This document shows, in pieces, positions 12,206-25,109 of a stretch of 64,000 nt of DNA. A program made the translations under genes and the position numbers. The DNA is from Octopus sinensis (taxonomy: Eukaryota). Each line of letters begins with the position of its first letter. Positions within the stretch are counted from its first letter, which is position 1. Location of the stretch: positions 2,790,001 to 2,854,000 of the forward strand of contig NC_043000.1 in the NCBI RefSeq assembly GCF_006345805.1, written 5' to 3'. Below the pieces are notes generated by a model. That model was not told the origin of the DNA and made no database searches. It saw only the letters and a list, made by a program, of their open reading frames with translations.

Positions 12206-12415
12206 CTGTGTTTGTACCCCTAGCATTGCTTGACAACCGATGCTGGTGTGTTTATGTCCCCATAACTTAGCGGTTCGGCAAAAGAGACCGATAGAATAAG
12301 TACTGGGCTTACAAAGAATAAGTCTTGGGGTCGATTTGCTCGACTAAAGGCGGTGCTCCAGCATGGCTGCAGTCAAATGACTGAAACAAGTAAAAGAGTA
12401 AAAGAGTAAAAGAGT
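12003..12415 (+). mobile_element. SINE S2, full length
   Basis: Same structure with a (GTAAAAGA)3 tail. Confidence 0.9.
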
Positions 12416-12706
12416 ATTATACCGTCCAGCATAAATAAAAATCAATAATTTAAGCGCTTGTTTTTTCTGTAAAAACTTATTCTGACATTAAATGAATCAA
12501 CTTCTGGCACAAATGTTTATGTTTTGTATGTCTGTTTTCAACATAAAAAAAAATTTCTAAAAAAATTCTGGAAACGATCTACTCATGTAATTTATGAACT
12601 CCTAAAGTTTATTTTTATTTCTGCTGAAAAAAATGCATAAATTACATGGGTTTTTATGGTAGTCCTCTCCCACCAAATTTCAGGCCTTGTGCCTTTAGTG
12701 GAAAGG

Positions 12707-12757
<51 letters not shown>

Positions 12758-12759
<2 letters not shown>

Positions 12760-13228
12760 GTGAGGGAGCAGTGCATGCCATCAAAGTGACAGTGGGGTAA
12801 AATATATGAAACCCAGTATACCCATCATGACTAACCGTCTGAAAAGGGTACACCAGAGCACATGCATCACAACCATATGTGCGTGACATGGTGATCTCAT
12901 ATCAAGATTAACGGTACATGACCCTATAGACCTTTAGATGGGACCCAGTTAGAGTTTTCTTCAGGTCAAGTAGCCCATCCCGCTCAAAACGTCCCTGAAT
13001 AAGGGTTGTTTAAGGATGTTGAATGAAATACCCATGTTTCCAGAGGTGAATTATCCAAACCCCAAAGAATTCCTTTCAACACATGGCAATGATGCTCCCC
13101 CACTACTTCTGCTCGTGATCAGAGATGCACATATCGTCAGCCACTAAGGGACATGCTCAACTGGTTATGGTCAAACAACTGACAAGCAAATCTGTGGAAT
13201 TGAGCAGAATATTTGCTGTAGCCCATTT
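12758..13228 (-). mobile_element. Non-coding retroelement family B, 5'-truncated, (TAA)n tail
   Basis: Homologous to 22910-23397 and 29842-30290; abuts (ATT)n at 12707-12757. Confidence 0.75.
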
Positions 13229-13682
13229 AGTTGTTGTTGCTGTTGTTGTTGCTGTTGTTGTTGTTGTTGCTGTTGTTGTTGTTTTATACACTCTCAAGGA
13301 AGAAAATCTCTCTTAAAATTTAACTCAATCAACAGGAGCAAACACGCATTGCAACGTAAACATACACGCGATATAAGCATGTACACGCAAACTCTCCACT
13401 TAGAAATGGCACTTAATAGAGACAAAATAATTTGTGTCTCATGACAATTGTATTTTGTTTCTTTTTTTTTTATTTTGCATTGAGGAGCTGAAATCATGGC
13501 AATAGCATGTAGGTTCAATAGCTTCATGCTTTGTATATACAAAGAAATTGAAAGTTCAGTGGAAACTGTTGCTGTATAACATCAAAAGAGGAACCATGTA
13601 TTCAATTATACATTGAATTTGCATGTCTTTAAATTAACATTCTTCATAATGAACTAGAACTCATTAACTTTTATATATTTTA

Positions 13683-14595
13683 CTAGCAGTATCGCCCAGC
13701 GTTGCTCGGGTTTGTAAGTTGAAATAACTATATAAGCATTTTTAGAGAGTTACTTCCCTTATAGATGCCAATTCGGGCTTTCTTAGCCATTTCTGTTTTG
13801 GTCTCTTCAAGCCATGAAGTCGTTGTTCTAAAAGAACGCTGGTCTCCTTGACAATGCTTTACGACGTTGATTTCCTTACACTCCCTTCCCCACAGCTTCA
13901 CGAGGGAGGGAAGAAGGGGGAGAAGCAAACAGGTGCAGGTGTGACCATGGACGCCAACTTCGCCGCCATCGACACACGAAAAAATATGCATTAAAATGGA
14001 ATAAAAAATGATATTAAATTATTTTTTAAATCGTAGACTCATCGTAGACATTTTTAGAGAGTTACTTCCTTATATTAAAAAAAAATGCATTAAAATGGAA
14101 TAAAAAATGATGTTAAATTATTTTTAAAATCGTAGACTCATCGTAGACATTTTTAGAGAGTTACTTCCCTTATATTAAAAAAAATATGCATTAAAATGGA
14201 ATAAAAAATGATGTTAAATTATTTTTAAAATCGTAGACTCATCGTAGACATTTTTAGAGAGTTACTTCCCTTATATTAAAAAAAATATGCATTAAAATGG
14301 AATAAAAAATGATGTTAAATTATTTTTAAAATCGTAGACTCATCGTAGACATTTTTAGAGAGTACTTCCCTTATATTAAAAAAAATGCATTAAAATGGAA
14401 TAAAAAATGATGTTAAATTATTTTTAAAATCGTAGACTCATCGTAGACGCGCGCTAATAGCCAGACGGGCTCGATATTAATCATGACTATAAGATACCCG
14501 AATTTGGTTAAACTGCACCGCAAAATGTGGGAGTAGTTAGGAATCTAAATCGAAGGGGACAGACACTCACACAACTAGAGTTTTATATATATAGA
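13683..14595 (-). mobile_element. Non-autonomous Helitron with internal ~100-bp tandem array
   Basis: Minus strand runs 5'-TC...hairpin...CTAG-3' between A and T; the block starting GCATTAAAATGG recurs at 13988, 14087, 14188, 14289 and 14387. Confidence 0.85.
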
Positions 14596-14885
14596 TAATT
14601 ATATAATTATTCACAAATTTAGCCTTGGTGGACAATAATGGTGGTGTATAGCTTAGTGGTTACAATGTTGGACTCATGATTGTAAGATTGTGGTTTCGAT
14701 TTCTGGATTGGGTGATGTGTTTTGTTCTTAAGCAAGACACTTCATTTCATGCTGCTCTAACCTAGTTAGCTGGTGAAAATGAGTAATCCTGTGATGGGGG
14801 AACTGGGAAACTGAACTTATGCTTCCGATGGCATAATGTGAAACAAGCTAACTAGGCACTGATAATGTTGCCTACCCAGATGGTA

Positions 14886-14886
<1 letters not shown>

Positions 14887-14922
<36 letters not shown>

Positions 14923-15475
14923 GTTTAACGTCTGTTTTCCGCGCTAGCACGGGTTAGACGGTTCGACCGGGATCTGGGAAGCCAGAAGGCTGCACCAGGC
15001 TCCAGTCTGATCTGGCAGTGTTTCTACAGCTGGATGCCCTTCCTAACGCCAACCGCTCTGTGAGTGTAGTGGGTGCTTTTTACGTGCCACATGCACAGGT
15101 GCCAGGGGAGTCCGGCATCGGTCACGATCGGTTTGATGCTTTTAACGTGCCACCGGCACGGAAGCCAGCCAAGGCGGCGCTGGCATCGGCACGTTCGGAT
15201 GGTGCTTTTTATGTGCCACCGGCACAGAAGCCACATCGTTTAACGTCTGCTTTCCATGCTAGCATGGGTTGGACGATTTGACTGAGGGCTGGCAAACCAG
15301 ACGGCTGCACCAGGCTCCAATGTGATCTGGCAGAGTTTCTACAGCTGGATGCCCTTCCTAACGCCAACCACTCCGAGAATGTAGTGGTGCTTTTACGTAC
15401 CACTGGCACGAGGGCCAGTCAGGTGGTACTGGCAAATGGTGCCTTTTATGTGCCACCTGCACAGGAGCCAGTTCC
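14887..15475 (-). mobile_element. Two tandem S3 SINE copies
   Basis: CATCGTTTAACGTCT tail motif at about 14920 and 15235. Confidence 0.8.
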
Positions 15476-15934
15476 ATAAATACATAATACATGTGTGTGT
15501 GTGTATGAATGTTTATATAAATGTATATATATTTGTGTGTGTGTGTGTGTGTGTGTCTGTGTAAGTGCAGGTATGGTTGTGTGGTGGTTGTGTGGTTAAA
15601 AAATTTGCTTTGAATCTACTTTGTTTGGAGTTCAGTCCCACTATATTCCATTCAACTTGGTAACAAGCGAAATCACGAGATGCCAACAGTTGTTTACATG
15701 TGCACATTAGATGGGCTTCAGTACAGTTTCTGCTTCTCAATTCCACTCACATGGCATTAGTTAGCCTGGGCTGCATTAGAAATCACTTTCCTAAGATTCT
15801 GTGGAGGGGATTCGAACCCAAAACCACATATTTGCAAAGCAGGCTTCTTAATCACACAACCAAGCTTGAGTCTATTGTATGTGTCTAGGGATAATAGACA
15901 CATGCATACATATCTTTATCTATCTATCTATCTT

Positions 15935-15965
<31 letters not shown>

Positions 15966-16384
15966 ATCTCTCTCTCTCTCGCTCTCTCTCTGTTGTCCAT
16001 CTGTCTGTCTTTTTAGCCATCTATTTATCTGTTACTGTACTGAGTTCTAGTTCATATTGTTAGTAGCAATAATATCCAGAATAATGGAAGTGTTATTGAA
16101 AGCGAAGGGAGTACATTTATTATGGCTGGTCTAATTAAAAGTTAATCCACCAAAGCCTGATTAATCTGTTATAGAATGATCTATAATATTCTACAATATA
16201 ATCCAAGCTTATTTCTTCAAATCTCCATCATTTGACATAGATAAATATTCTCTTGCCAATGCTTTTACAAATTTCTTGTGTCATCTAAGATACATTCCTA
16301 TTTTACACCAATCACTTCTTATTACTTTTATATAAAGGCATGTGGCCGAGTGGTTATGGTGTTTGGCTCATGATCATAAGATTG

Positions 16385-17095
16385 AGAAGACCCGGCAGGA
16401 CAAGTGAGACCATAACCCGTGGCCTCCTACATGGGATGGAACCAGCCTACGTATGCATACCTTCACTTCTTGCAACACAAAACTCTACTTGTGAAGACCT
16501 GTTGAGGCAAGTGAGGATCAGAATTGAAATCGATCAATGGAAATTGCAGCTGAGTTACCAGTGCCGGTGGCATGTAAGAGAACCATCCGTTCGTGACCGT
16601 TGCCAGCGCTGCCCCGATTGGCCTCGTGCCAGTGGCACGTAAAAAGCACCATCTGTTCGTGTCCGTTGCCAGCCTCGCCTGGCCCCTGTGCCGAAAGCAC
16701 CATTCGTTTGTGTTCGTTGCCAGCCTCGCCTGGCCCCTGTGCCGAAAGCACCATTCATTTGTGTTCGTTGCCAGCCTCGCCTGGCCCCTGTGCCGAAAGC
16801 ACCATTCGTTCGTGTCCGTTGCCAGCCTCGCCTGGCCTCCGTGCTGGTGGCACGTAAAAGCACCATCCGTTCGTGGCCGTTTGCCAGCTCTGTCTGGCAC
16901 CTGTGCGGGTGGCATGTAAAAAGTACCCACTACACTCATGGAGTGGTTGGCATTAGGAAGGGCATCCAGCCGTAGAAACACTGCCAGATCAGACTGGGCC
17001 TGATGCAGCCTTCTGGCTTCACAGACCCCAGTTGAACCGCCCAACCCATGCTAGCATGGAAAGCGGACGCTAAATGGTGATGATGATGATGATGA
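16385..17095 (+). mobile_element. Long S3 element with 51-bp internal tandem units, nested in an S5-type SINE
   Basis: Unit AAAGCACCATTCGTTTGTGTTCGTTGCCAGCCTCGCCTGGCCCCTGTGCCG repeated at about 16640-16880; GGAAGGGCATCCAGC and (GAT)n tail; the host SINE head at 16335 resumes at about 17096. Confidence 0.8.
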
Positions 17096-17189
17096 ATTCC
17101 TGGATCAGGAAAGATGTTTCTGAGCAAAGCATTTCATTTTATACTGCACCAATTTACTCAGCTGTAAATGAGTATCAGATGGGTTTTGG

Positions 17190-17240
<51 letters not shown>

Positions 17241-17280
17241 CAGCTGTGATGTCCTAGATGTGTCGGTGAGTCTGTGGAGT

Positions 17281-17488
17281 AAGGCAGCAAGCTGGTAGAA
17301 ACGTTAGCACGCCGGGTGAAATGCTTAGTGGTATTTCGTCTGTCTTTACATTCTGAGTTCAAATTCCACCAAGGTCAACTTTTCTTTTTATCCTTTCAGG
17401 ATCGATGAATTAAGTACCAGTTGCATACTAATCGACTGGCCCCCTGCCCCAAAATTTCAGGCCTTGTGCCTAGAGTAGAAAAGAATTG
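17281..17488 (+). mobile_element. SINE S1 (short-tail variant)
   Basis: S1 head and core with GGCCTTGTGCCTAGAGTAGAAAAG tail. Confidence 0.8.
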
Positions 17489-17789
17489 AGTGAGTCTGTG
17501 GGGTTAGGGTGGTGGTAGCCTCTAGCCAGAACTTCCTAACGGCAAATTCTCCTCATCTCACGTGATCACTCCAAGGCAAAAGTGGCCCATGTTAGTCATC
17601 CATGTTAGTGGCTCACATGATGTTCCTTGCTTTTCTCCTCTCCTTCTGTCACTGACCCTATACTTCCAGTCTACCTCAGCCCTGAATGACAAAAGAGGAG
17701 GAGGAGGAGAGGATGCAAGCAGTGCTCAATCTCTGTTGTGATTACAGCTAGCGAGATATCTATTCAGGTGGATGGTAGATTTTAATAAT

Positions 17790-18497
17790 ATAATATAATG
17801 AAATTATTGTATACAGTGCTCAGGTGCACCACAACTTGTCAGAAAGTGCATATAAAGTACATGCAGTAATGTATAAATGTCTGGAAAGCGAACAATGTAT
17901 GAGTTAGATACATGCTTGCATGTGTATGGAGGGGAGAAAATCAAGTGTAGTGTTGGCGAATCTCAGGAAGCATGGAAGTTTTGAAGGATGTAGTGCTCCG
18001 ACAACTAACAACCGATGCCGGCAGTTTGTTCCACGCTCCAGCAACTCTCAGCATGAAAAAATGTTTCCTGAAGTCATGGGAGCTGTGCTGTTTTCTTACT
18101 TTGTAAATATGTCCACGGGTGTTAGATGGGTGGAGTTTGAAGAGGTGCTCAGAGTTATTGTTTGTGCGATGGTTGATAATTTTATGGGTGTCTGCCAAGT
18201 CAGCTGCCAGACGTCGGAGTTTTAATGTGTCCATGCCCAGGGAAGTAAGGCGTTCAGGATATGGCAAATGCCTGATGGAGGGTATTCTTTTGGTTGCACG
18301 TCGCTGAACAGCTTCCAGACGATTGATGTCCTGGGCAAGATAGGGGTTCCAGACCGGTGATGCAAATTCCAGGTGAGGTCTTACCATAGCTATATAAAGC
18401 CGCAGATAGATAGCCGGAGAGCGGCTCACAAAGGATTTGGTGAGTGATGCCAAGACACCCTCAGCCTTCTTGACAATTTTAGCGATGTGTTTTGTCC
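17790..18497 (-). mobile_element. 5'-truncated CR1/L2-group LINE (ORF2 C-terminus, ORF 17941-18453)
   Basis: YIAMVRPHLEFASPVWNPY...LEAVQRRATKRIP...TRGH...FFMLRVAGAWNKLP motifs, followed by a 3' UTR and short-repeat tail. Confidence 0.9.
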
Positions 18498-18579
18498 ATT
18501 TTAAAATGGAATGAGGTGATGGGGGTGATCTTTGAGATCAGTGGAGTAAGTGAGGCTGAAGTTAGTAGCCTTATACCAA

Positions 18580-18970
18580 AATTTGAAACTATTACTATTA
18601 CATTTGATTTATCTAAATCAATGTTTGATTTATCATATAAATCAAATTGATTTATTGAACTAAAAACTGGATTTACCAAAATGCCAATTTGGTTTATCAA
18701 ACAACAAATACGATTTATCAAACTGTATATTTGATCTATCAAGCTACACATTTGCATTATAAGACTACAAAGTGGATGATTTATAAAAGTATTGATTTTG
18801 ATTGATGAAATAGTGAATTTGAATTCTCAAAACACCAATTTAATTTTATCAAATCACTAATTTGATTTTATCAAACTACTAATTTGATTATAAAAGCACA
18901 AATCCGATATATCAAAATACCAATTTGAATTATCAAAGTACCAATGCAATTTGACAAAGTACCAATTAGA
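18580..18970 (+). repeat. Degenerate 21-bp tandem array (core TTTGATTTATCAAA)
   Basis: About 18 units; reads as broken heptads such as FDLSNxx and FELSKYQ. Confidence 0.7.
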
Positions 18971-19829
18971 ATTGGAGTTTAACAAAGAAAAGAAAGAAAG
19001 AAAAATAACATACAAAACTAAAGTACATTTCAGAAAGAAATTCAATAAACAGTTAGAAAACAGTTAATATTTGAAATGCTTTTAAAAATTTCTGCCTTCA
19101 TATATGCTGTCAAGCGTGACTAACATGCTACTTTACTCAAATTTCCAATTCAATAATTCTGTTAAAGGAAAACTCTTTGGAGAAATCAGACTTTTAGATT
19201 TTTAGAAATTCCTCCACAGAAGATAGAACCAGATAATTAGCAATGAATTTGGTTCAGTTTTGTTCTGCAGAGGTTGTAGTTAAATATGCCGATATTTCTT
19301 CAGCGAAAGCAAAATGTCAAGTTATGCTCAATTTCCTGATTATGAATGTTTGTTTTTTCCTGGGGAGGGAGGTTTGGCTGTTGTTTATCATCAGTTTGTT
19401 GCTGTTGTTTTTGTTATTAATGTTGTTACTAATGTTCTTCTTGTTTATTTATTTATTTATCATGGGAGAAAGAAATGGTTCCAGGATTATTAATTTCTTT
19501 TATGTCATGCAGTTTTATTTTATATTACATTACATTGTCTTGTATTATATTATAATATATTGTTTTGGTGTTCTACAGAGACAACGAGAAGTGGTATGGG
19601 TTGGTGGTAGTGGTGGGAGCTACGAGGCAGGATTGTGTTATCATAATTCCAGTGGGTCGGAAATCTATTCTATTAATCTGTATCCCCTTCACTGCGTAAC
19701 CATGGGGAAATGGCAAGAATCAGAGAATCAGTTCCATGGATTCTTGTAGGGGAGATTGTATGGTTATCACACTTTGTTCTGGATATCATATATTTCTTTA
19801 GCCATGTTATGTCTACTGATAATAATATA

Positions 19830-19976
19830 TACATGCACACACACACACACACACATGCACACACATACAAAGATATATATGATATATAGATATATATAGT
19901 TATATAATTGTATATATGCATATATATATGTATATATATATGCATATATATATGTATATATATATTATATATATAT

Positions 19977-20023
<47 letters not shown>

Positions 20024-20446
20024 TATATATAAGTATATAAATATTTATATGTATACACAAACACACACACACATACATATATATGTATATATGTTGTATG
20101 TGTATATATATATATATATATATATCTATATCTATATCTATACATATATATATATATATACACACACACATACATTTATGTATGAATGTATACATGTATG
20201 CATATATATGTATGTACATATATGTGTGTGGGTGTGTGTGTGTTCACATACACAATAACAAATGCACATCTAGAAATATGCCTATGCATTATATATATAC
20301 TTGCACACGCATACGCATGCATCTATGTACACTTACATCACTACACAAACACACATCTTCATGTTAAAATATTCAAACAACATAAACACTACTCAATACG
20401 AAGGGTTCTTATCTATTCATTTGTCTGAAACTGAAGATTAATTCCA

Positions 20447-20510
<64 letters not shown>

Positions 20511-20863
20511 CTGGTGATTTATAGATAGTGACTAACATGCCAATGTTTTCCTGGAGATCCAACGAATTTGTAAATGTTAATTATTATTATTGCTAATATT
20601 ATTTGCAATTCAATTGGTTGAAACTTTGAAGTAGCAGAACCTTTGTCTACCTTGCTCTCTGTCAATACATATAATTACACTATGCAGTATTGAGGGCTTT
20701 CTTATTGTGTGTTATCACATGTTGATAAACAGAGTATACATACATACATACATACATACATACATACATACTTACATACATGTCTATACACACACATACA
20801 AATACATCTATAATTATAGGAATGTATTGTATGTGGTGTGTGTTGTATGTGTGTCTGTGTCTA

Positions 20864-20925
<62 letters not shown>

Positions 20926-20940
20926 ATGTATGTATGTATG

Positions 20941-20974
<34 letters not shown>

Positions 20975-21146
20975 TGTATATGTACATATATATATATGTA
21001 TTTATGTATATATATGTATATATATATATATGTATGTATGCAATGTATGTATGTATGTATGTATGTATGTATGTATGTATGCAATGTATGTATGTACGTA
21101 TGTATGTATGTATGTATGTATGTAAGTATGTATGTATGTATGTATA
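19830..21146. repeat. Compound (TA)n/(CA)n/(TATG)n microsatellite block
   Basis: Direct; source of many I/Y/H/T-rich spurious ORFs. Confidence 0.95.
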
Positions 21147-21439
21147 CAGGGTGAGCCAAAAGTCATGCACTAAAACTTTTGACATTTCATTTATACAACA
21201 ATCCCGAAACTAGTTCGAGCGTATCACTCAGGCTTGCGAGGAAGGGATGGCCTCCCTTTGCAAATACTCCAAGGACACAGATATTGTGTCTAGAGCCAGC
21301 TAGAGACGAAGATCTCTTGGGGCTATAAAGCTACAGTAACACCCCCTCCCCAATGTGGTTAGCCATGATAAGATGGCTTCTATACTTTACATGTGCAATT
21401 ATTATATTTGGTTTAACTCAAGTTCCGTCTTATTCCTGG

Positions 21440-22720
21440 TAGGATTTATGTTGGTAGCAGGTTACTACCTGTAACCTTAGTTATCCACAAGTTTTTAGTA
21501 ATCTTTCAAGAGCTCAGAACCCTCCTGATAATCCTTGCTGTCCCTAAGAAACAAACTTTTTGTAGGAGCTCTACAGGGCATTGTATTGTAATCTCCTTCA
21601 GCCATTTGTCTATATTTTTGCTTCCTGTTCCCAACACACCAATTATTATAGGCATGACCTTGACAGTTCTCATACTACAAATTCTTCCTTTTTCAAATTT
21701 TAATAATTGTATTTTCTTTGTTTATCATCCTCTTTTTGTTTTTTTGTTGTTTTTTTTAACCCTGGAATCAAATGGGCATGGTGTCTCAATTAAATGTTAT
21801 GTCCAGTCTATTATTTTCTAACTTCTTGTTCATTTAAATAAGAAAGTCCCGCAAAATCTTACATTTTTCAGACTCCAGTACTCTTTCAATCTGATGATTG
21901 TACCAGTGTTCCCAGTTTCAAATCCCCATTTCTGGCAAAGTTTCCGGTGTAAAACTTTTACAACCTGGTTGTGCCTCTATTCCTTATACTCTTCCTGTGC
22001 CAACTTGGGGCATTCAGTCACAAAGTGTGCCACTGTCTCGTTCAAGTGGAGGCACATGGCCTTGTGGTTAGAGCAGTAGGCTTGCGGTCAAGGGATCATG
22101 GGTTCGAATCTCAGACCGGGCGATGTGTGTGTTTATGAGTGAAACACCTGAGCTCCACGCGGCTCTGGCAGAAGGTAATGGCGAACTTCTGCTGACTCTT
22201 TCGCCACAACTTTCTCTCACTCTTTCTTCCTGCATTTAGCAGCTACCCTGCGACAGACCGGCATCCCATCCAGGTAGGAAACCTATACGCCAATGAAACC
22301 GGGAAACCGGCCCTTATGAGCCAGGCATGGCTCGAGAAGGAACAAACCGGAAACAACTGTCTTGTTCCAAGTTCCACAAGCTCTACATTTTTCTGACACA
22401 TTCTCTCCATATATATTTTTTCTCAGGTCGTTTGTTTTATTTGCTTGATCTTAGGCTGCTACCATTAGGCTCTGTGTTTCTTTTTTTAACTGTCCAATTT
22501 TTAACCAAGCCCTGGATTTTGTTCCATATACATCTTCAGTGGCTCTCCAAAATTGATTGTGCAGAGGTTTCTCTTCAATCTGTCTGACGTGCTCTCTTTC
22601 TATTTCATTCTTGTCCTTTTCTCCTATTACATGCTTGATCATCTCTTTTTTTATTCACCACCTTTAGTAGTTTTTCCGTGCTTCTCTGTAAATACTCTAC
22701 TAGGCCTTTTCCTTCTATCT
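21440..22720 (-). mobile_element. Decayed R4/Dong-like non-LTR retrotransposon 3' region
   Basis: Minus-strand EKPLHNQF..AWLKIGQLKKETQSLMVAA, ETVAHFVTECPKLA..RHNQV and VKVMPIIIGVLG..LQKVCFLGTARIIRRVL* motifs of restriction-like-endonuclease elements; abuts (ATT)n. Confidence 0.8.
22046..22355 (+). mobile_element. tRNA-derived SINE S4 inserted in the R4/Dong fragment
   Basis: A-box TGGCCTTGTGG and B-box GGTTCGAATCT; flanked by ACTGTCTCGTTC/ACTGTCTTGTTC. Confidence 0.75.
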
Positions 22721-22764
22721 GTTATTATTATTATCATTATTATTATTATTATTATCATTATCAT

Positions 22765-23397
22765 CTTCCTTCAATTTTGTTTTCATTTCTTACTGAGTGT
22801 CTTCCTGACACCTGGAGCAGAGAAATGCACTGTATACATTGGTAGACCTTTAAAAAACACACCAAATTGTCCATTTACAAAGTTATGCAATAGAGGAAAA
22901 GGGGTACTTTAGGCACATGCATCACAACCATATGTGCGCAACATGATGATCTCATATCAAGATAAACAGTGCATGACCTTGCAGGTGGGGCCCAGTTAAA
23001 ATTTTCTTCTGGTTGAGTAGCCCATCCCGCTCAAAAGGTCCCTGAATAAGGGTTGTTTAAGGATGTTGAAAAAAACACCCATGTTTCCAGAGGTGAACTA
23101 TTCAAACCCCCAAGAATCCCTTTCAACACATGGCTATGATGCTCCCCCACTACTTCTGCTCGTGATCAGAGATGCACATATCGTCAGCCACTAAGGGACA
23201 TGCTCAACTGGTTAAGGTCAAACAACTGACAGGCAAATCTGTGGTACTGAGCAGAATATTTGCTGTAGCCCATCTTTTATACCAAGACAAAACAATGTAC
23301 ATGATAACACTTCCAATCAGTTAAGATCAGAAGCCATGAGATCCACTGCCTGGTACTGCTTCAGGGCATGGCCACTGCCTGGTACTGCTTCAGGGCA
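22765..23397 (-). mobile_element. Family B element with alternative 3' module, between (ATT)n tracts
   Basis: 22910-23270 matches family B; 22765-22910 matches isolated pieces at 29245-29375 and 31150-31290; a 26-bp terminal segment is duplicated at 23343-23397. Confidence 0.75.
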
Positions 23398-23398
23398 C

Positions 23399-23430
<32 letters not shown>

Positions 23431-23647
23431 TTTGTTCATCATGTACAGCTACATGTGTATTCATCATTATTTTATTCATTCATATTCATGTGTCATGGCT
23501 GTGAGGTTAAGAAACTTGCTTTGTAGCCCCATGCTTTCCAGTTCAATCCCACTACACAGCACTTTGGCAAGTGTCTTCACTTATAGCCCTGAGCTGACCA
23601 ATGCTTTGTGATAGAATTTGGTAGATGGAAACTGTGGAAGCCTATCA

Positions 23648-23736
<89 letters not shown>

Positions 23737-24111
23737 TATATTTGTTCCTAGGTACGTTCCACCACTATGGTTGTTTGGAACTCTGCATTGTGTGTTCCCA
23801 GGGCAACCGGATGCTTAACCACAACAGTTCAACAGAGGAACACTTCACTGCATTATGTTACAGAGGACTAAAGTCTGAAGTAGGACAGATAGAGAAGTAG
23901 AAGGAAGGAAAAGCATCTTCATGAGAATGAAGAGACAAGAGAAAGGGAGAAAGGAGGAGACAAACCAGAGAAAAGAGAGAAAAAGAAGAGAGAAAGAAAT
24001 AAGATTGTAATTAAAGAAAGAAAGGAGGAAATAGAGGAGAGGAAGACTGAATTGGATAACCATAGAGAGGATGAGTAAAAAAATATAAATTAAAATAAAA
24101 TATATTAAAAC

Positions 24112-24453
24112 ATGAAGGCGCATGGCTCAATGGTTAGAGCGTCAAGCTTACGATCGTGAGGTTGTGAGCTCGAATCCCGGACCGGGCTGCGTGTTGTGTT
24201 CTTGAGCAAGGCACTTTATTTCACGTTGCTCCAGTTCACTCAGCTGTAGAAATGAGTTGCGATGTCACTGGTGCCAAGCTATATCGACCTTTGTCTTTCC
24301 CTTGGATAACACTGGTGGCGTGGAGAGGGGAGGCTGGTATGCATGGGCGACTGCTGGTCTTCCATAAACAACCTTGCCCGGACTTGTGTCTAAGAGGGTA
24401 ACTTTCTAGGTGCAATCCCATGGTCATTCATGACCGAAGGGGGTCTTTACCCC
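24112..24453 (+). mobile_element. tRNA/CORE-type SINE S5, full length
   Basis: TGGCTCAATGGTTAGAGCG A-box, CTCGAATCCC B-box and CTTGAGCAAGGCACTT core. Confidence 0.8.
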
Positions 24454-24684
24454 TTATATTAAAACAAAATAATAAAATAAGTGAAGAATAAATAAATAAA
24501 GATACCAGATAATTCGTCTAAGGTGAGGGCCATGTACTGTGAGAGGTTGGGATTCAAGGGCCAACTGCTAGTTAAGACCTTGTCAAAACATCTGAGGGAT
24601 CTACATGGAATAGGGCTAGGTGTTTTCAACAAACAACTTGAGTTACTGCTGTTCAAGGTCCCATATGAACGTATATCAAGGCAT

Positions 24685-24930
24685 TTAAGGTGGTTCGGTC
24701 ATGCGGCCCGGTGTGCAGAAGGTGAGCTCATTCGCGACGTCCTCCTCCCACCTCTCCAAACTCTCAGGTCCGCAGGTGGTCGGTCTGCGCAGATGGAACC
24801 GTGAATGACTCGCTATCACCAGTGACCTCGCACAGGACTGTCGAATACGGGTCACCATGGTTCGTGATGCCATCAGGACCAGAGAGCTCAACCCGCCTTG
24901 GATGAATGCCATCACAAGTACAAGTACATC
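24685..24930 (+). mobile_element. RTE-group LINE 3' fragment
   Basis: LRWFGHAAR motif; ends in a (CAAGTA)2 tail. Confidence 0.65.
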
Positions 24931-25109
24931 AAGGCAAAAGACTCAAAAGAAGGCAGCAATGTTGAACAGCCTCCTTCATCAAAAGCCAATCGCATAAGAA
25001 GGGTCATTGAAAAGGTGATAACACTGGTGGTGCCCCAGCATGGCCCCAACCTTTGGGCTGAAATGTGTAAAAAGACAAAAGAATATACCCAAAATATATA
25101 GAGAAATAT

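Larger units (their letters stand above)
11068..12659. mobile_element. Non-autonomous Tc1/pogo-type transposon inserted in an S1 SINE and carrying two S2 SINEs
   Basis: TIRs CCGTAAAAACCCATGTAATTT / AAATTACATGGGTTTTTATGG with TA TSD; removing it restores the S1 sequence CGACTAGTCC; the left end is also duplicated at 9702. Confidence 0.85.

Noticed and set aside
13728-13991. 87-aa ORF repeated at 34391 and 62171
   Set aside because: Lies inside near-identical Helitron copies, so the conservation reflects recent copying; no domain recognised.
16640-16880. CRISPR-like repeat array
   Set aside because: Contiguous 51-bp tandem units with no unique spacers and no cas genes, in a eukaryotic context.
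19900-21213. Long I/Y/H/T/V/C/M ORFs (also at 47.1-47.8 kb and 55.6-56.3 kb)
   Set aside because: Microsatellite translations.
24112-24190. tRNA gene
   Set aside because: The tRNA-like head continues into a SINE body; the same holds for the other A/B-box hits.
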